A stretch of 63,629 nucleotides of DNA, counting the filler, from Choristocarpus tenellus KU-1152 (taxonomy: Eukaryota > Protista > Phaeophyceae): the NCBI GenBank assembly GCA_964200185.2. It is 9 parts of 9 records of this genome, joined end to end, with 100 filler letters (N's around TTAATTAATTAA, not from the genome) between each part and the next. Parts side by side here need not be neighbours in the genome. Positions count along the whole stretch, not along the records: positions 46,231 to 51,886 come from CAXNAD020010113.1; positions 51,987 to 56,822 come from CAXNAD020012869.1; positions 56,923 to 60,521 come from CAXNAD020019034.1; 6 more parts are not named here. One strand, written 5' to 3'. Shown here in pieces: positions 48,672 to 60,621 of the stretch. Below the pieces are notes generated by a model that saw nothing but the letters and a program-made list of their open reading frames with translations, made no database searches and was not told the DNA's origin. Within the stretch, counting starts at the first letter, position 1. The number at the start of each line of letters is the position of its first letter. Position numbers and translations under genes: made by a program.

Positions 48672-51600
48672 TGTGTGTCATGTTGTGTAGCAACAGCTCT
48701 TCGACTGGTGCAGAGATGTTAAGATTTTTTGTGCTAACAGACAACAAACCGTTTCTTTGTGAGCAGGAGGGCATCTTGTTTATGTGTATGGGGGGTGCGG
48801 GGGAGTTGTTTGTGTTTGTGTGTGTGCTTCTTAGTGGTATGTGCAATTGATAGGGTTGTGAATCTCAGCAATGCTATGAACTGTCATGCTTCTTTTGTAG
48901 AAGACTATTCGGTATATTCTTAAAACCATTTAACTGTTTGAGTCAAAGTTGTTCTTAGTCATGAATCCTTTTGATTGTATCGCTAGGGTTGAGTGTTGAG
49001 CTCATTGTGTGCTTGAAACATGTGTTATGGTGTTGGGGTGTTATTAATGATGGTGCCCCCTCCCCACTCCCAAAAAGAAAATGTAACCGGTAGGAAAATG
49101 AGGTCGAAATGTCCCCTCACACCCCTCTGCCTGCATTGCTTCACAAGAGGAGATGTGGACATCGAGTCCTTTCTAGTGTAATTCTTTTTGATGTAGAATG
49201 GGAATTATATTATATTCCTCTTCTAAATAAACCTTTGGGAGTTGGTGTTTTGGATTGAAGGATTGAAAGTTCGATGTGAAGTGTTGGAAAAGATGAGCTT
49301 GTGACCCTTTGTATTGTGTTGCAGTTTGTGTTGTAGGATTTCCTTTTTGTCTTTTTTTTTTACTCATACACATACTGTGATTAGTCCCTTCTCTCCCTCT
49401 TTGTATGCACATAGTCTGAAAACTTGTCGTTTGAATTAGAATACCCTAGTAGATTATTGGAACCTTTCTGTTCTTCCTACAGGGTTGGAGGGGTGTGACA
49501 TCTGCGGCAGGACCCCAACATTCTTATCCATTCCCATGTTATGTCCCCTCCATGCAAGAGCCATCCCAAACCGTTGTAGTACCTAGTTAGTGTTTGGTTG
49601 TATTTCATGTTAAGCACCCGATAAGGGCATGTAAGTGGCGTTTGACGAATGCTATGCCTGCCCACCAATTATGTTGTGGTCCAGTGTTGGTTTTCCTTGG
49701 AAAGGGTGGTCAGAGTGATGACCAGTGCATTATTTTCAGGAAGGAAAACGTATTTTTTTCGTGTGATTGTTGGTACTGTTGTATGTACTGAGCTTGTTTA
49801 TTCGTGAATTGAGACAATATAATGTGACGAGGCTTACATATTTAATGGTAAAGTTTTGCTTCATTATATTAAAAAGTAATGTGCTCACGAGTATCACCTC
49901 ACCAGTGTGATACATTTTGCCTGGATCCTTGTAGTTGCTGACATGACTCCCGTAACACTTAATAGATGAGAGTCGATCCCCTCTTTAAACAGTGCGAACA
50001 ATACTATGACTTGGAAGTGCACTTGCTGCAGCATAGGGTGACACATGTCTTGGAGCATGTGGGTGTGTTTATTTGCAGATTGTGCTGGAGGTGAGTCCTG
50101 GCCAGTAAAAAAATTGTACCCACACCACTGATGAACCGGAGCATGAGCTGTGCAACAATTACTGCTGCCTCGAAGGACGTCCTTTGAGAAACAAAAAAAG
50201 GAAGATAGATGTATCTTCACATTCTCTGTGCCCGCATTTGTAATCAAACTTCCATGCGGAACTTGGATCAAGATGACCAGAGTTAGAAAAAAAGTTAGCA
50301 TGTTCCAGCCTCGACAACAAATTGCTCAACGGTAAGATGGGGTAAACCTTTCCAACAATATCGTGAATTGCTGATATTGTTCACCCCATCAGAGTGACAT
50401 GACGTCTGGGCAACCAATCTACTCGATCATTTTATGTGTTAACACTAGATATATGTTCGGTGCTTGCACCAGAAGTAGACTATTTTGTTTTCGCCTCCAA
50501 CCTGGAGAAGTCGGTACCACAACAGGCCTTCCCGCCTTAACCAGGTGCCAAGTCCCTCCCAACATGGTGGAAATGGGTATGATGCATGGGAGTACTTCCA
50601 TATCCATTTATTTTTCAAAGCATCGAATTGTCCACTACTTGTTCCGCAAAGAGAGGGAAACTTATAATGGAATAGTGAATCGAAAAGTTAAATGAACAAA
50701 TCCAATCATAAAAGAGATTGTGCAATATGTAACTTGGATGAAGTATTCACGGAGGAGTACTGACGTAAGATATTCCTCATTTACGTGAAGCTATGATAGA
50801 CTTTTTTGTTCATGAGTTGTAACTGATGAAAAGGTATATCTGGACTTCTACTAGATAATATGATTGATTCATATATATATTATTTTAGTATTCCCTTTGA
50901 CATTTTGCAGATTTGATTCATAGATACTGTTCCAAAGAGCTTGAGTCTCCCCACACAATGTATCTCTTCACAAAGTAAATATTAATAAGGACAAATATTG
51001 AACAAGAGTATACCCAACCGACGCCACCAGTCTGTTCTACAACTCTAACACCTCTAGCAAAGGAGAATCTTGTGAGGCTCCCATCTTCTCTTCTCGATTA
51101 CTTTCTCAATTCGATCTATAATTCAGCAAATAGTGGTTTATAAAGTAAAACCGCAAACGCTAATGTAACTGATGAAAGGGGACACCCAGACTATTGGGTA
51201 ATTCATTCGATTGATATATATATATATATATATTGATTGATTGGTCCAAAGAGTTTGGGTCTCCTCATCATACATGTCTTTCATCTTAATGTAATCATAA
51301 TGATCCTTAGCAATCTTCAGAAGTTTGTTTGGATGTAGATGTTCTTAAGTCATTCCTTAGAACGAAATAATGTAAAGCTCTACTTTCCTTCAATGTAACA
51401 TTTACCTTATTATAGTGAGTCTACCGATATATGGGGGGGTAGGGAAAAGCGGGAAAGCCCTCTCTTATATCCTGATCCTCTCTCATTATACATAAGAGCG
51501 ATTTTCTCTCAAGCCGAACGATCGTTGCCAACCTAGGTTCCTCGCTTGTCGTTGGAACTGTTTTCGGGTACAGCTCCTAGAATACTTCACGGCTGGCTTT

Positions 51601-51781
51601 GGCTGCAATATGTCCAACGCGCCAATCAATAGGCCGATGTCGACGAAATGGCAATAATACACAGTACCTCCTACTGTGACTTACACCCTCATACTCTTGA
51701 CCAAACAAAATATTTAGCTTGCAGCAGGTACAGGATGCGTTTCCACCCCTTCAAAAGTTTCATACTGTACTCCATCGTTCT

Positions 51782-51886
51782 GGCTGAACGTATCTGGGGG
51801 GGGAGGGGGGGGGGTCTACACCAGGGTGTCCACTCGGGCCCTGACCAGGAAAAGGGCACTTACATTATCCATCGGACGCATTCAAC
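51782..51886 (+). mobile_element. MITE subfamily B (cut by gap)
   Basis: GTATCTGGGGG...GTCTACACCAGGGTGTCCA...CACTTACATTATCCATC. Confidence 0.8.
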
Positions 51887-51986
51887 NNNNNNNNNNNNNN
51901 NNNNNNNNNNNNNNNNNNNNNNNNNNNNNNTTAATTAATTAANNNNNNNNNNNNNNNNNNNNNNNNNNNNNNNNNNNNNNNNNNNN
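51887..51986. other. Assembly spacer
   Basis: N44-TTAATTAATTAA-N44. Confidence 0.98.
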
Positions 51987-53660
51987 GGGAAGTAACTGAT
52001 AAGTGGTTTCCACACTTACAATGTTTTATAGTGTTCTTATGTTTAGGATATTTTATTTCTTTAGGGCTAATAACGACATGTATACATACATATAGTTTAG
52101 ATTGGTTTCCCCCTTGACACATCTGCAAAATGTCAGAGGGCATAATAATAAAATATAATGTAGTGTTTATTGTTACTTTGTTCAAGGCGTGCAAACCTTT
52201 CGAATTCACAGCACCAAAAGTCCAGGGTTTTTTGTGATCGTAGTATTGGACGCTTAAATCGATCTCCACCTTACTGTGGCACTGTGGCTCATGGAGGGAG
52301 ATTTATTTAGTTTAGAGGCAGAAGTCACGTGCATGAACCGATCGACAAAGTACACTTAAGAAGTATTGCAGTAATTAGTTATATTGGTTTGGTATTTTTT
52401 GAAGGAGGGATGTCGAGATCAATGTGTGGGCCCCAGAACAGTGGGCAGGCTGCCCAAAACATGTGGCCGTCCTGCTGCGTTGTCTGATTATGAGGTTGAC
52501 ATCACAGCAACAGCCAGTTGTATCAAGTGTGAAGACTAAGAACAAAGCAAGACTTGCCGTGTGTGAGAGTATGCTACTCAGTACACGGCAGCTTCAAAAT
52601 CGAGCCTTCATGCATATCCCTCGAGCCCTATATTGTGAAATAGGTGGCATTGCAGAAAGATATACATGCAACTAGGGGATGATCGAACAGAATGTAATTG
52701 CTTGCAGACACAACTATTTCTGAGCACAAGTCACGAGTACTTCCCCCGCTAAGTGGTTCTGTTCTTGAAGCTGTATCCACTAGAGCATTGTGTTCTAGTG
52801 TTGGTTGAGTAAAGAGTAGGTACCAAGTATTGCCACCTGGGGGCAAGTGCGGCATTGGCAACTAAGTAAGCCCAACAAGTGGAGTGGAGGTACATGGGGA
52901 GACAGTCATAGTAGCACCACAGAAACGGTCAGTGGGACTAAGCTACACTTCTTCACCAATAATGATGGCACAGGCAGCAAGGACTTCAGAGAGAAGCTGC
53001 ATGCTGTGTAAAGCTGGATGGTGTAGTATGTAAAGATGACACAACGTTGACCAGCAAATCAGTCATTGATAGAGACGTGGAAGGCATATGGAAAAGGCCA
53101 TGATAGAGTGGACCTAACCTGACAAACAAGCCATACACCAAGAGCAATAATAATAGTGAAAGTGGTAGGAGTGTATACTAATTACTCCAACAAGACACCC
53201 ATGATGATGTGGTGCTCAATTGCTAGTGTTGCCTTTGGTTGTCTGGCCATATGCGAACCAAAGAGAGCATTACAGAGTAGGACAATGTCAAGACCAATCT
53301 TTTGCACAAAATCTGTTAACGGGACAGTTTAGGGGTCACTTTGCTCTGAAACATACCTTGTCCCTGTAATACACCAGTCCATCTGCTCTACAACATTGTC
53401 TGACGCTAGGCTTGCAACTAATCTTCGTTGCCAGGGCAACACTCGGCTCCATTTGCTCCATATCATCCATTGTCGAGAAAACACTCGAGCACTTTTTGCC
53501 CCACCACATATTAGAATAATGCATGCAGTGATTTGCTTAAAACTTATTCTTACACACATTGCATGATCTTCTCAAAACACAAAACCCGTGGTCAGAGATT
53601 GTGAAGCACAGAAACCGATAAATTGAATTGTTTGTCCCAAGAAAGAAATAAAAGTGCAAA

Positions 53661-53844
53661 GGCTCAAACTATCTGGGGGGGGGAGGAGTCTACACCAGGG
53701 TGTTCACTCAGGCCCTGATCAGGAGAAGTGCACTTACTCTATATATCCATCCGACTCATGTGACCAAATTAATCAAAATTGCGACATGGAAAAATGGCCC
53801 CCAAATGGACAGCCACCATCACCCTCCCCCAGATACTTTGAACA
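53661..53844 (+). mobile_element. MITE subfamily B
   Basis: GGCTCAAACTATCTGGGG...CCCCAGATACTTTGAAC. Confidence 0.85.
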
Positions 53845-54905
53845 ATATATATATATATATATATACATATTTGCATATATGCCTTCCACACATGCTGATA
53901 ATGTCTGTTCTCCTGGAAATACTCGGCACATATTGCTCTGTAATATCTACTGTCCAGCAAATGCTCAGGACCATTTGCTCAACGCTGTTATTCATTATCC
54001 AGCAAACTGTTGAATCCATTTTTCTTTGCAATATAAATATATATGTATCCATTGTCCAGCTAATGCACGGGACCATTACTGCAAAATTGTCCTATTGTCT
54101 GGAAATACCTCATCGCGCATAAAGCTAAAATGTCAACTTGTGTCATCATGCAAGCGTTAGGATCTCCTTGTATGAATAACAGCAGTAAGGATGAAGGGGA
54201 CATTTATAAAGAGAAACATTAACCAAGAGCAACATTTACACCAATTAGGTGGTACCTTTGTGCATTGGACCAATAGGTTTTAGGTACCTTTCCTATAACG
54301 ATCCCTACTCATTAACCGTTGCCATTTCTTGCAGCATCAACCTGGTGATGTTCCTGCATCGTCTTTAAAGGACTCAAGATAACAAGTGTGAGGATGCAGT
54401 TTCCCTTCAAGGTGCGTTAAAGGCACCCAACTGCTGTTGCACAAGTACACAACACTTGAGGGACAATCATGCCCAGGCTTTGGGGTATATTGCACCAGTG
54501 CATTTAAAACTCTGGAAAGCGGAGCAGAAAGAGAGGAGAAAGTCTGGTACTTAAGCAAAAGGGAGGTACACCATGAGGCAATTCCTTGATTGAAAGCAGA
54601 ATTGGTCGTTGTATTGGCGACTCCTGTACTGGAGCTACGTGTATTTGTGGTTGTTTGTGGTAGAACGTGATTGTAATGTGAATGCAAAGGACGGCAATCA
54701 CACCCATTGCTGCAGCATGTGTCTACTCCAGAGTAGTAGCCCGCACTGACCAAAGCACCCTGTTTCTCCAGGAGCAGTGATTGTGTTTCAGCTGCTGCCA
54801 TGCTGCACAAAAAAACACGGCGTAAAAAAAAGAAGCAAGTGATCAATCGCGGAAAAATGTATTCACTACTCCATGCAACAAAGTAATAGACCTATCAGAA
54901 ACCTT

Positions 54906-56196
54906 TTACAGGACGGCTGTTGCATCGAGAACTGCAGCATGTTGACGAGCCCTCACAACGCTCTCCTGGTTGATAGTGGCTGCGTATCGGTTGTGATCTA
55001 CAATCTTCTGCCTCACTTCCTTGGCCTGGAGACGGCAGGTACAGGAGTCTCGGGGTTAGGTTAGGGTTAGGGTCAACAGAGGCGAGGAAAAAATAAGAGC
55101 GAAAGTATCTTAGAGGGTACAAGGTTTGCCCTGTTTGACCGTTTGTTGCTTGGCTTCCCGCGCGTTTTTTATTACTTTTTCCTACTCCGAACTGCTTCGG
55201 AGTAGGTAAAATGTATGCGTTGTGAAAAGGTGTGCCCAGAACAAGGATATTGACTCTTCCTAACAAACATGATAGCAAAAATTAAATCAAGATTGCAACA
55301 TTGGGCTTTTGCCCCCAAACGGACGCGGCTCTACCGTCGAAGATAATTTGACTGGAATCTGTACGTTATGAAAAGGTGTGTTTGGAACAAGGCCAAAATG
55401 ACACCAAATCGCAACATTGGATTTTGGCCCCAAAACGGATGCGGCTCTACCCTCTAAGATACTTTGACTCAAAAAAAAAAAACGTTCCATTTTGTGCATT
55501 TTTAAACTGGACAGGAAAAAATGGCTAGGAGTAATATTTTACAAAAGAGCAGGAGGAGCATCCTTTAAAAAAAATACACATCCACTAAATATGCCACTTC
55601 CTTTAAGCCTTTGAGTAGCATAGTTCCTGCCTAAGGTGTTATTGCCTCGAGTCAGGCCACAGGCTAGGTATCGAATGCTCTTCTTTCCTCGGGCGTCGGG
55701 GGTTTCCACACCCAGAAGAAATCTGCAAAACTATCTGGGATGCATACATCCACCTTGGGAATTTCGAACTATGACACACACACACACGCACACACAATCA
55801 CCAGGAAGGGTGGGGTCCTGATCAGGGGAGGGTTCAGAACAATGAAGCGGTTGCAATACATGCAATTCCTAGAGCAAAATCTTTGATCACAGACTTCGAA
55901 ATACTTTCACTTCTGGGCAATAACTACTTCACTACCGAATGAGTCCCTGAACAGTTCACCAGAGACGTTAAGAGATAGGAAAAAACCTGACAAAACAACC
56001 CCCAAGGTCAAACAATGGGGGGTTGGAAATTCCACCCAGCCCTACAACCCGCCCCCACCCTAACCCTTGCCTTCATCCGAGCAGCCCTGAAGGACTCCTG
56101 TCGCTCCCTCAGTTCTTGCCTCTGCTTCTCCGTGACCTCTTCCCTGGCAATGGAAAATTCCTGCTGCTTCTGGGCATACAATCGCTTCTTCAGGCG
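54906..56196 (-). CDS. C-terminal exons of a coiled-coil protein
   Basis: Exons 56196-56071 (RLKKRLYAQKQQEFSIAREEVTEKQRQELRERQESFRAARMK) and 55025-54906 (AKEVRQKIVDHNRYAATINQES...VL*) join in phase 0, each with a pyrimidine-rich AG acceptor. Confidence 0.6.
55097..55470 (-). mobile_element. MITE subfamily A, full copy (55097-55354) plus partial tandem duplicate (to 55470)
   Basis: GAGCGAAAGTATCTTAGAGGGTA start; ends AAGATAATTTGACTG and TAAGATACTTTGACTC. Confidence 0.85.
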
Positions 56197-56614
56197 CTGC
56201 ATGTACCACAGGTACAACGGTATGTAGTAAAATGTGTAACGGTGGAAGGACGGCAGGGCAGTGTGGTCAGGGCCGGGGGGAGGTGTAGTGACCTTGCAAC
56301 ACCTCAGATCAGGACGTTCTCGTTGAGCAGAAGTAAGAACGAGAAGGTACCTAGCCAGTTTTTGGCCGTTTTACATTTTTAATTCTGTTTTAAAATCTTT
56401 TTGTGATTCACTCGTATACGTCTACGGATCAAGCGCTAACTTTGACTCGAGAGCGTTTGTTTCTCTTTCTTGTCTGAAAGTTTTCGACACAATTCGGAAA
56501 TACCCACATAAAAAGTCGAATTTGAGCATATTTGTCGACATCCCTACAGTGCAACTCTGAGTACCTCTTGTTTAATTCGACTTCTTGTAGCTCATGAAAA
56601 ACATAGACTATATA

Positions 56615-56822
56615 GACCCAAAGCATCTAGGGGGGGGAAGGGTCTACACCAGGGTGTCCATTTGGACCATAACCAGGAAAAGTGCACTTACATTATCCAT
56701 CCGATGTATGCAACCAAATCACACAAAATCGCGCATGGAGAAAATAGGCACCAAATGGGGTGAAAGTATCTGGGGAGGGGTTGGCGTCCGTTTTTCACCC
56801 TTTTTTCGATTTTCAGTTTTTG
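56615..56822 (+). mobile_element. MITE subfamily B (56615-56757) with subfamily C nested at 56758
   Basis: The B body breaks at CCAAATG and is followed by GGGTGAAAGTATCTGGGG..GCGTCCGTTTTTCACCC, the reverse complement of 1598-1643. Confidence 0.75.
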
Positions 56823-56922
56823 NNNNNNNNNNNNNNNNNNNNNNNNNNNNNNNNNNNNNNNNNNNNTTAATTAATTAANNNNNNNNNNNNNNNNNNNNNN
56901 NNNNNNNNNNNNNNNNNNNNNN
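56823..56922. other. Assembly spacer
   Basis: N44-TTAATTAATTAA-N44. Confidence 0.98.
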
Positions 56923-58419
56923 CATCTTCGATTTGACCAAGGTGTTGATTGCAATCTGCATCAGTCAACATGATGCAATAATGGTAGTCAGTGTACAGCC
57001 TATGTGTCAGCAAGGAGATGTGTATAGTTGTGCAAGCTTGTACCAATCTCACCTGCCAATTTCAGATAACATTCCACATACGATTTTTTGCGCTTCCCTG
57101 ACCATGTCGTTAGGGTCTGATCTCCTCGAAACAGCTCCCCTAGACGAGGCAAATACTTTGCCATGGAGTAAGAAGTGCCATGACATACTTTGTTAATGTT
57201 TCAAATTGTGCTCACAATTTTTCCCCCTACTCCTGTGACACTCTTGAAGAGGCAACCTTTGAGTGGTAAATGTAGATGGTCCTAACGCAAGCTGGTTCTC
57301 TAATTCAATTCTAGGACGGTGAATATACTTTCTACTGGTGGCTTAATACTTTACCTGGCTTGTGAGAAAGGAGTTTACAGCGATAGGGAATGAATTCTTC
57401 AACTCTGTTCTGCCTGTAGCGACTTCCTTGTTGCTCAATGGTTATCGAGACTGTTCCCTAACTGAATGTCACAGGTTCTAACTCCGTTGATTTCTAATTT
57501 TTCTACTCGGACTTCCGTGTTTATGATCCAATTCCACATGGTAAGCTTTATCAATATATGTACTTATATTACCCTACCTGTCAATATACCACAAAAAAGA
57601 GAGACCATGGCAAGATTTTGTTGGTGTCCAAATCCTACGCAGATCCAGCACGAGATTTCAAGGACTAACCCAAAGTAACGACCTGTGGTACAGCCGAACC
57701 CAAAATGCAAGCAGGGTGCAAAACAGAGCTCACACCACTATTCGCAGTGCAATATCAACTTACAACTACTAGCATGAATGGATAGTACGAGGTAGCCCAG
57801 CGTTTTGTTGCCTCAAACCACAGGTCAGGACAGTCCCCAGACAGAAGTTAAGATGAAAATACAATGCAACAAAATTATCAAGATAATCATGCATATTGCT
57901 CTTCTTGTAGTTATGTTCAGAATTTATTTACCAAGTGTACGGAATTTGAGATACGGAAACTGTAAGGTTCATGATGTTCCAGTTAAGAAGGTAAATATGT
58001 TAGTTCTTGCCATGAGCAAGCTGAATTCATAATGCTCCATACATACTGGAAAAAATTGCAAACGTTTCGCCAGTTTAGGCAGGTAGAATGGAAAGGGTAG
58101 AGAGGATGTTGTTGTAAGGGACAACCAGGAAAGAACGAAAATATATTTCCGGAACAGGTAAGTCTGAGTCCAGATGATGGCTCTGTATAGCATTCTATGA
58201 AGCATCAATCCAATCGTAAAAAATTGTAAGGGTTTTACCAAATAAGTCAGGGCAACTTATTGAGCTAATAACATTTGCCTCGAATATTTTATGTAGATAC
58301 ATCGTTGTAAATCTTTAAGAAAAAAAAGAAAATTAGAGGATTTATCTTTGTCAATGAAGAGCTAAAATAAGTTCTTGCAGTCCTAATGTTAGGCATTATT
58401 AAGCAACTCAAACACGGCC

Positions 58420-58830
58420 AAATTATATAACATGGATTTCTTCTATGATGCAGTGGATTTCGCAAATGGAAATTCAACAAATATACCCTCTACTAGAGAT
58501 ACTTCTGTGAAGACTGGGTATGAGAGTATCGAGGGGTCTGTGCAAAACCAGAGACTTCTACTTCTGGGGGATGGTCGACCTCCACAGGTGTTGGTAACTG
58601 TAGATCTTGAAATTGGGAAAAGGAAACAAGATGGACAGGAGATTTAACTGGTTGATGTGCCTACAATACAACCACAAGAAATTTGGGATCACAATTAGTT
58701 GAGGTACAGAGCAGAAGGGCAACCTACCAACACATATTGTACCATTGTAATGTTGACGACAACAAGTTTGGTGGAAAGAGGGGCATTCCAGCAAAGTCGT
58801 GATAACCAACATTTTGCACATCATGCTTAA
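58420..58830 (+). pseudogene. Degraded 3' end of an RTE-type non-LTR retrotransposon (brown-algal LINE)
   Basis: Frameshifted HGFLL*CSGFRK..., DTSVKTGYESIEGSVQNQRLLLLG..RPPQVL..GQE, WLMCL...KKFGI. This resembles the recurrent brown-algal LINE tail (FLTRCIGWRK..DTLVKTGSESIEA.MR.RRILFAG..GQEKEWMGCF..DLRAFGI), recalled from knowledge rather than searched. Confidence 0.65.
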
Positions 58831-60341
58831 ACAGCAGCCACTGCAGCCCAAAAAGATCGGGACTCATGCATCGTCACCACGACTGACTACTGAATGCAGC
58901 GTTTTCATTGTCGATTTCTTGCATCACTGAAATTTGTGAGGTATGCGACGAGTTTGTGTGTTCTTATTGAATTGACTGGGTGCGACACTGAACCTTTGTT
59001 CGTTTCCCTCTATTTTATCACAGCATCACACTATGTGTGGCTGTGGTTTTGATGTCAATAATGTGCTATCTCAAGCAATAGGTGTTACGGCATTGCGCCC
59101 AGGTCTCCCTTGGTTATTCTTCCCATGTACTGACTTTTTTCCTGTTCTTTCTTTTTTGGTCTGCTTCTTTATAAATATATCTTTAGAAGATATTCAAAAA
59201 TCATGGAGTGGAGGGAAGTATATAATAATCGCTTAGGACTGATTTGTTTTTGTATCTTAACATGCAATGGTGAATTTTGATGAGATAGGATTGTTAGGAA
59301 CCCAAAGGGAGATTAGTGTCTTTATGTGACTGTCGGATAACATGCTTTACGAAGTATTGAAAATGGGTACTGGTAAGAACTGTGACGGACAGGTCTCGTT
59401 GGGAGCTAATCTCATTCTAATCCACATCCTCGCGCCCACTTAAGTGTATTGTGCGCGCACCTTTCTTTGTCATTTGTGACGTTCCCATAAATATCAAACA
59501 CAGAGAACTTGTGAGGATTGTCAGACCGCTTGCTGTTGACGGTCACAAAGATTTGACGTCACCCATCGGATCCAAGATTTCATTCAGACTTCTCCTAAGA
59601 TTTGATGGCTGAGAGAGCTTTGGGTTTGCTGAAACCACCCCACCGCGAAACAACTGGTGATACTGAACACCCCTAACCCTAACCCTCATGACAGTGGTAC
59701 TCGCGCCGGGGCAATCATATAGATTAATGTATCCGGAAATATCCCATTACGTTATTTTCTTGGCTTACATTGCCAGGCTGTTTTGCTAATTCTAGTAGTC
59801 CTAATTTTGGCTTGATAATTTTATCTAATTGAGTTATTATTTAATCTCATATTTAGCATTAAACTTAAGATGTATAACTTTTTATACATTCTATCCTATT
59901 TTTAACCTTATCAGTGTCCCCCTGGGTCAGAACAGAGCAGTTCAAAACTAAATATTATGGTAGTGAAGAATCTGCTCTATTTTCACACAACGTAGAATCA
60001 CAGCATCAATTGACTTTCCAAAATAACGGTGCATTTGCCTTTGCTTGTGCAAGCACCCAATACGAAGTAGATGAGTATACCTCAAGGGACACTTGACCTT
60101 ATTTTTCCCCCTTACCCACATAAGGCAATGCTGATTTGAGCCTGGCGCTGCTTGTCCCTCTGTTTTCACTCTATTGTTTCCGGTATGATTAGTTCCCCCT
60201 CAATATGTCAGAATGTGGTATGTAGGCAATATTCCTGACGAAATCTAACTATTTAACCTACTTCCTGCCACTTGAAATTGACAACATGAGGATGTCATGC
60301 AAGGTCTATATGGCTACATTGGGGAAAAAACTTTGTTTCAC

Positions 60342-60512
60342 GGCTCAAAGTATCTGGGGGAGGGTTGTGGCTGTCCATTCCGGGCCCATTTTTCCATGTA
60401 GAAACTTTGGGATGATTTGGTTGCATGCATCGGATGGATAATGTAAATGCAATTCTCCTGGCCAGGGTCCGAATAGACACCCTGGTGTAGACCCCCGCCC
60501 CCTCCCCCCCCC
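60342..60512 (-). mobile_element. MITE subfamily B (one end degenerate)
   Basis: GGCTCAAAGTATCTGGGG...ACCCTGGTGTAGACCCCC. Confidence 0.8.
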
Positions 60513-60521
60513 GCTGTTCCG

Positions 60522-60621
60522 NNNNNNNNNNNNNNNNNNNNNNNNNNNNNNNNNNNNNNNNNNNNTTAATTAATTAANNNNNNNNNNNNNNNNNNNNNNN
60601 NNNNNNNNNNNNNNNNNNNNN
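60522..60621. other. Assembly spacer
   Basis: N44-TTAATTAATTAA-N44. Confidence 0.98.

Noticed and set aside
52960-53280. Possible LINE C-terminal relic (similar hints at about 34860-35150 and 36700-36900)
   Set aside because: The resemblance is too degenerate to support without a profile search.
54337-54846. 169-aa ORF downstream of the coiled-coil gene
   Set aside because: No recognisable domain; it lies past the inferred stop and may be UTR or an unmodelled exon.
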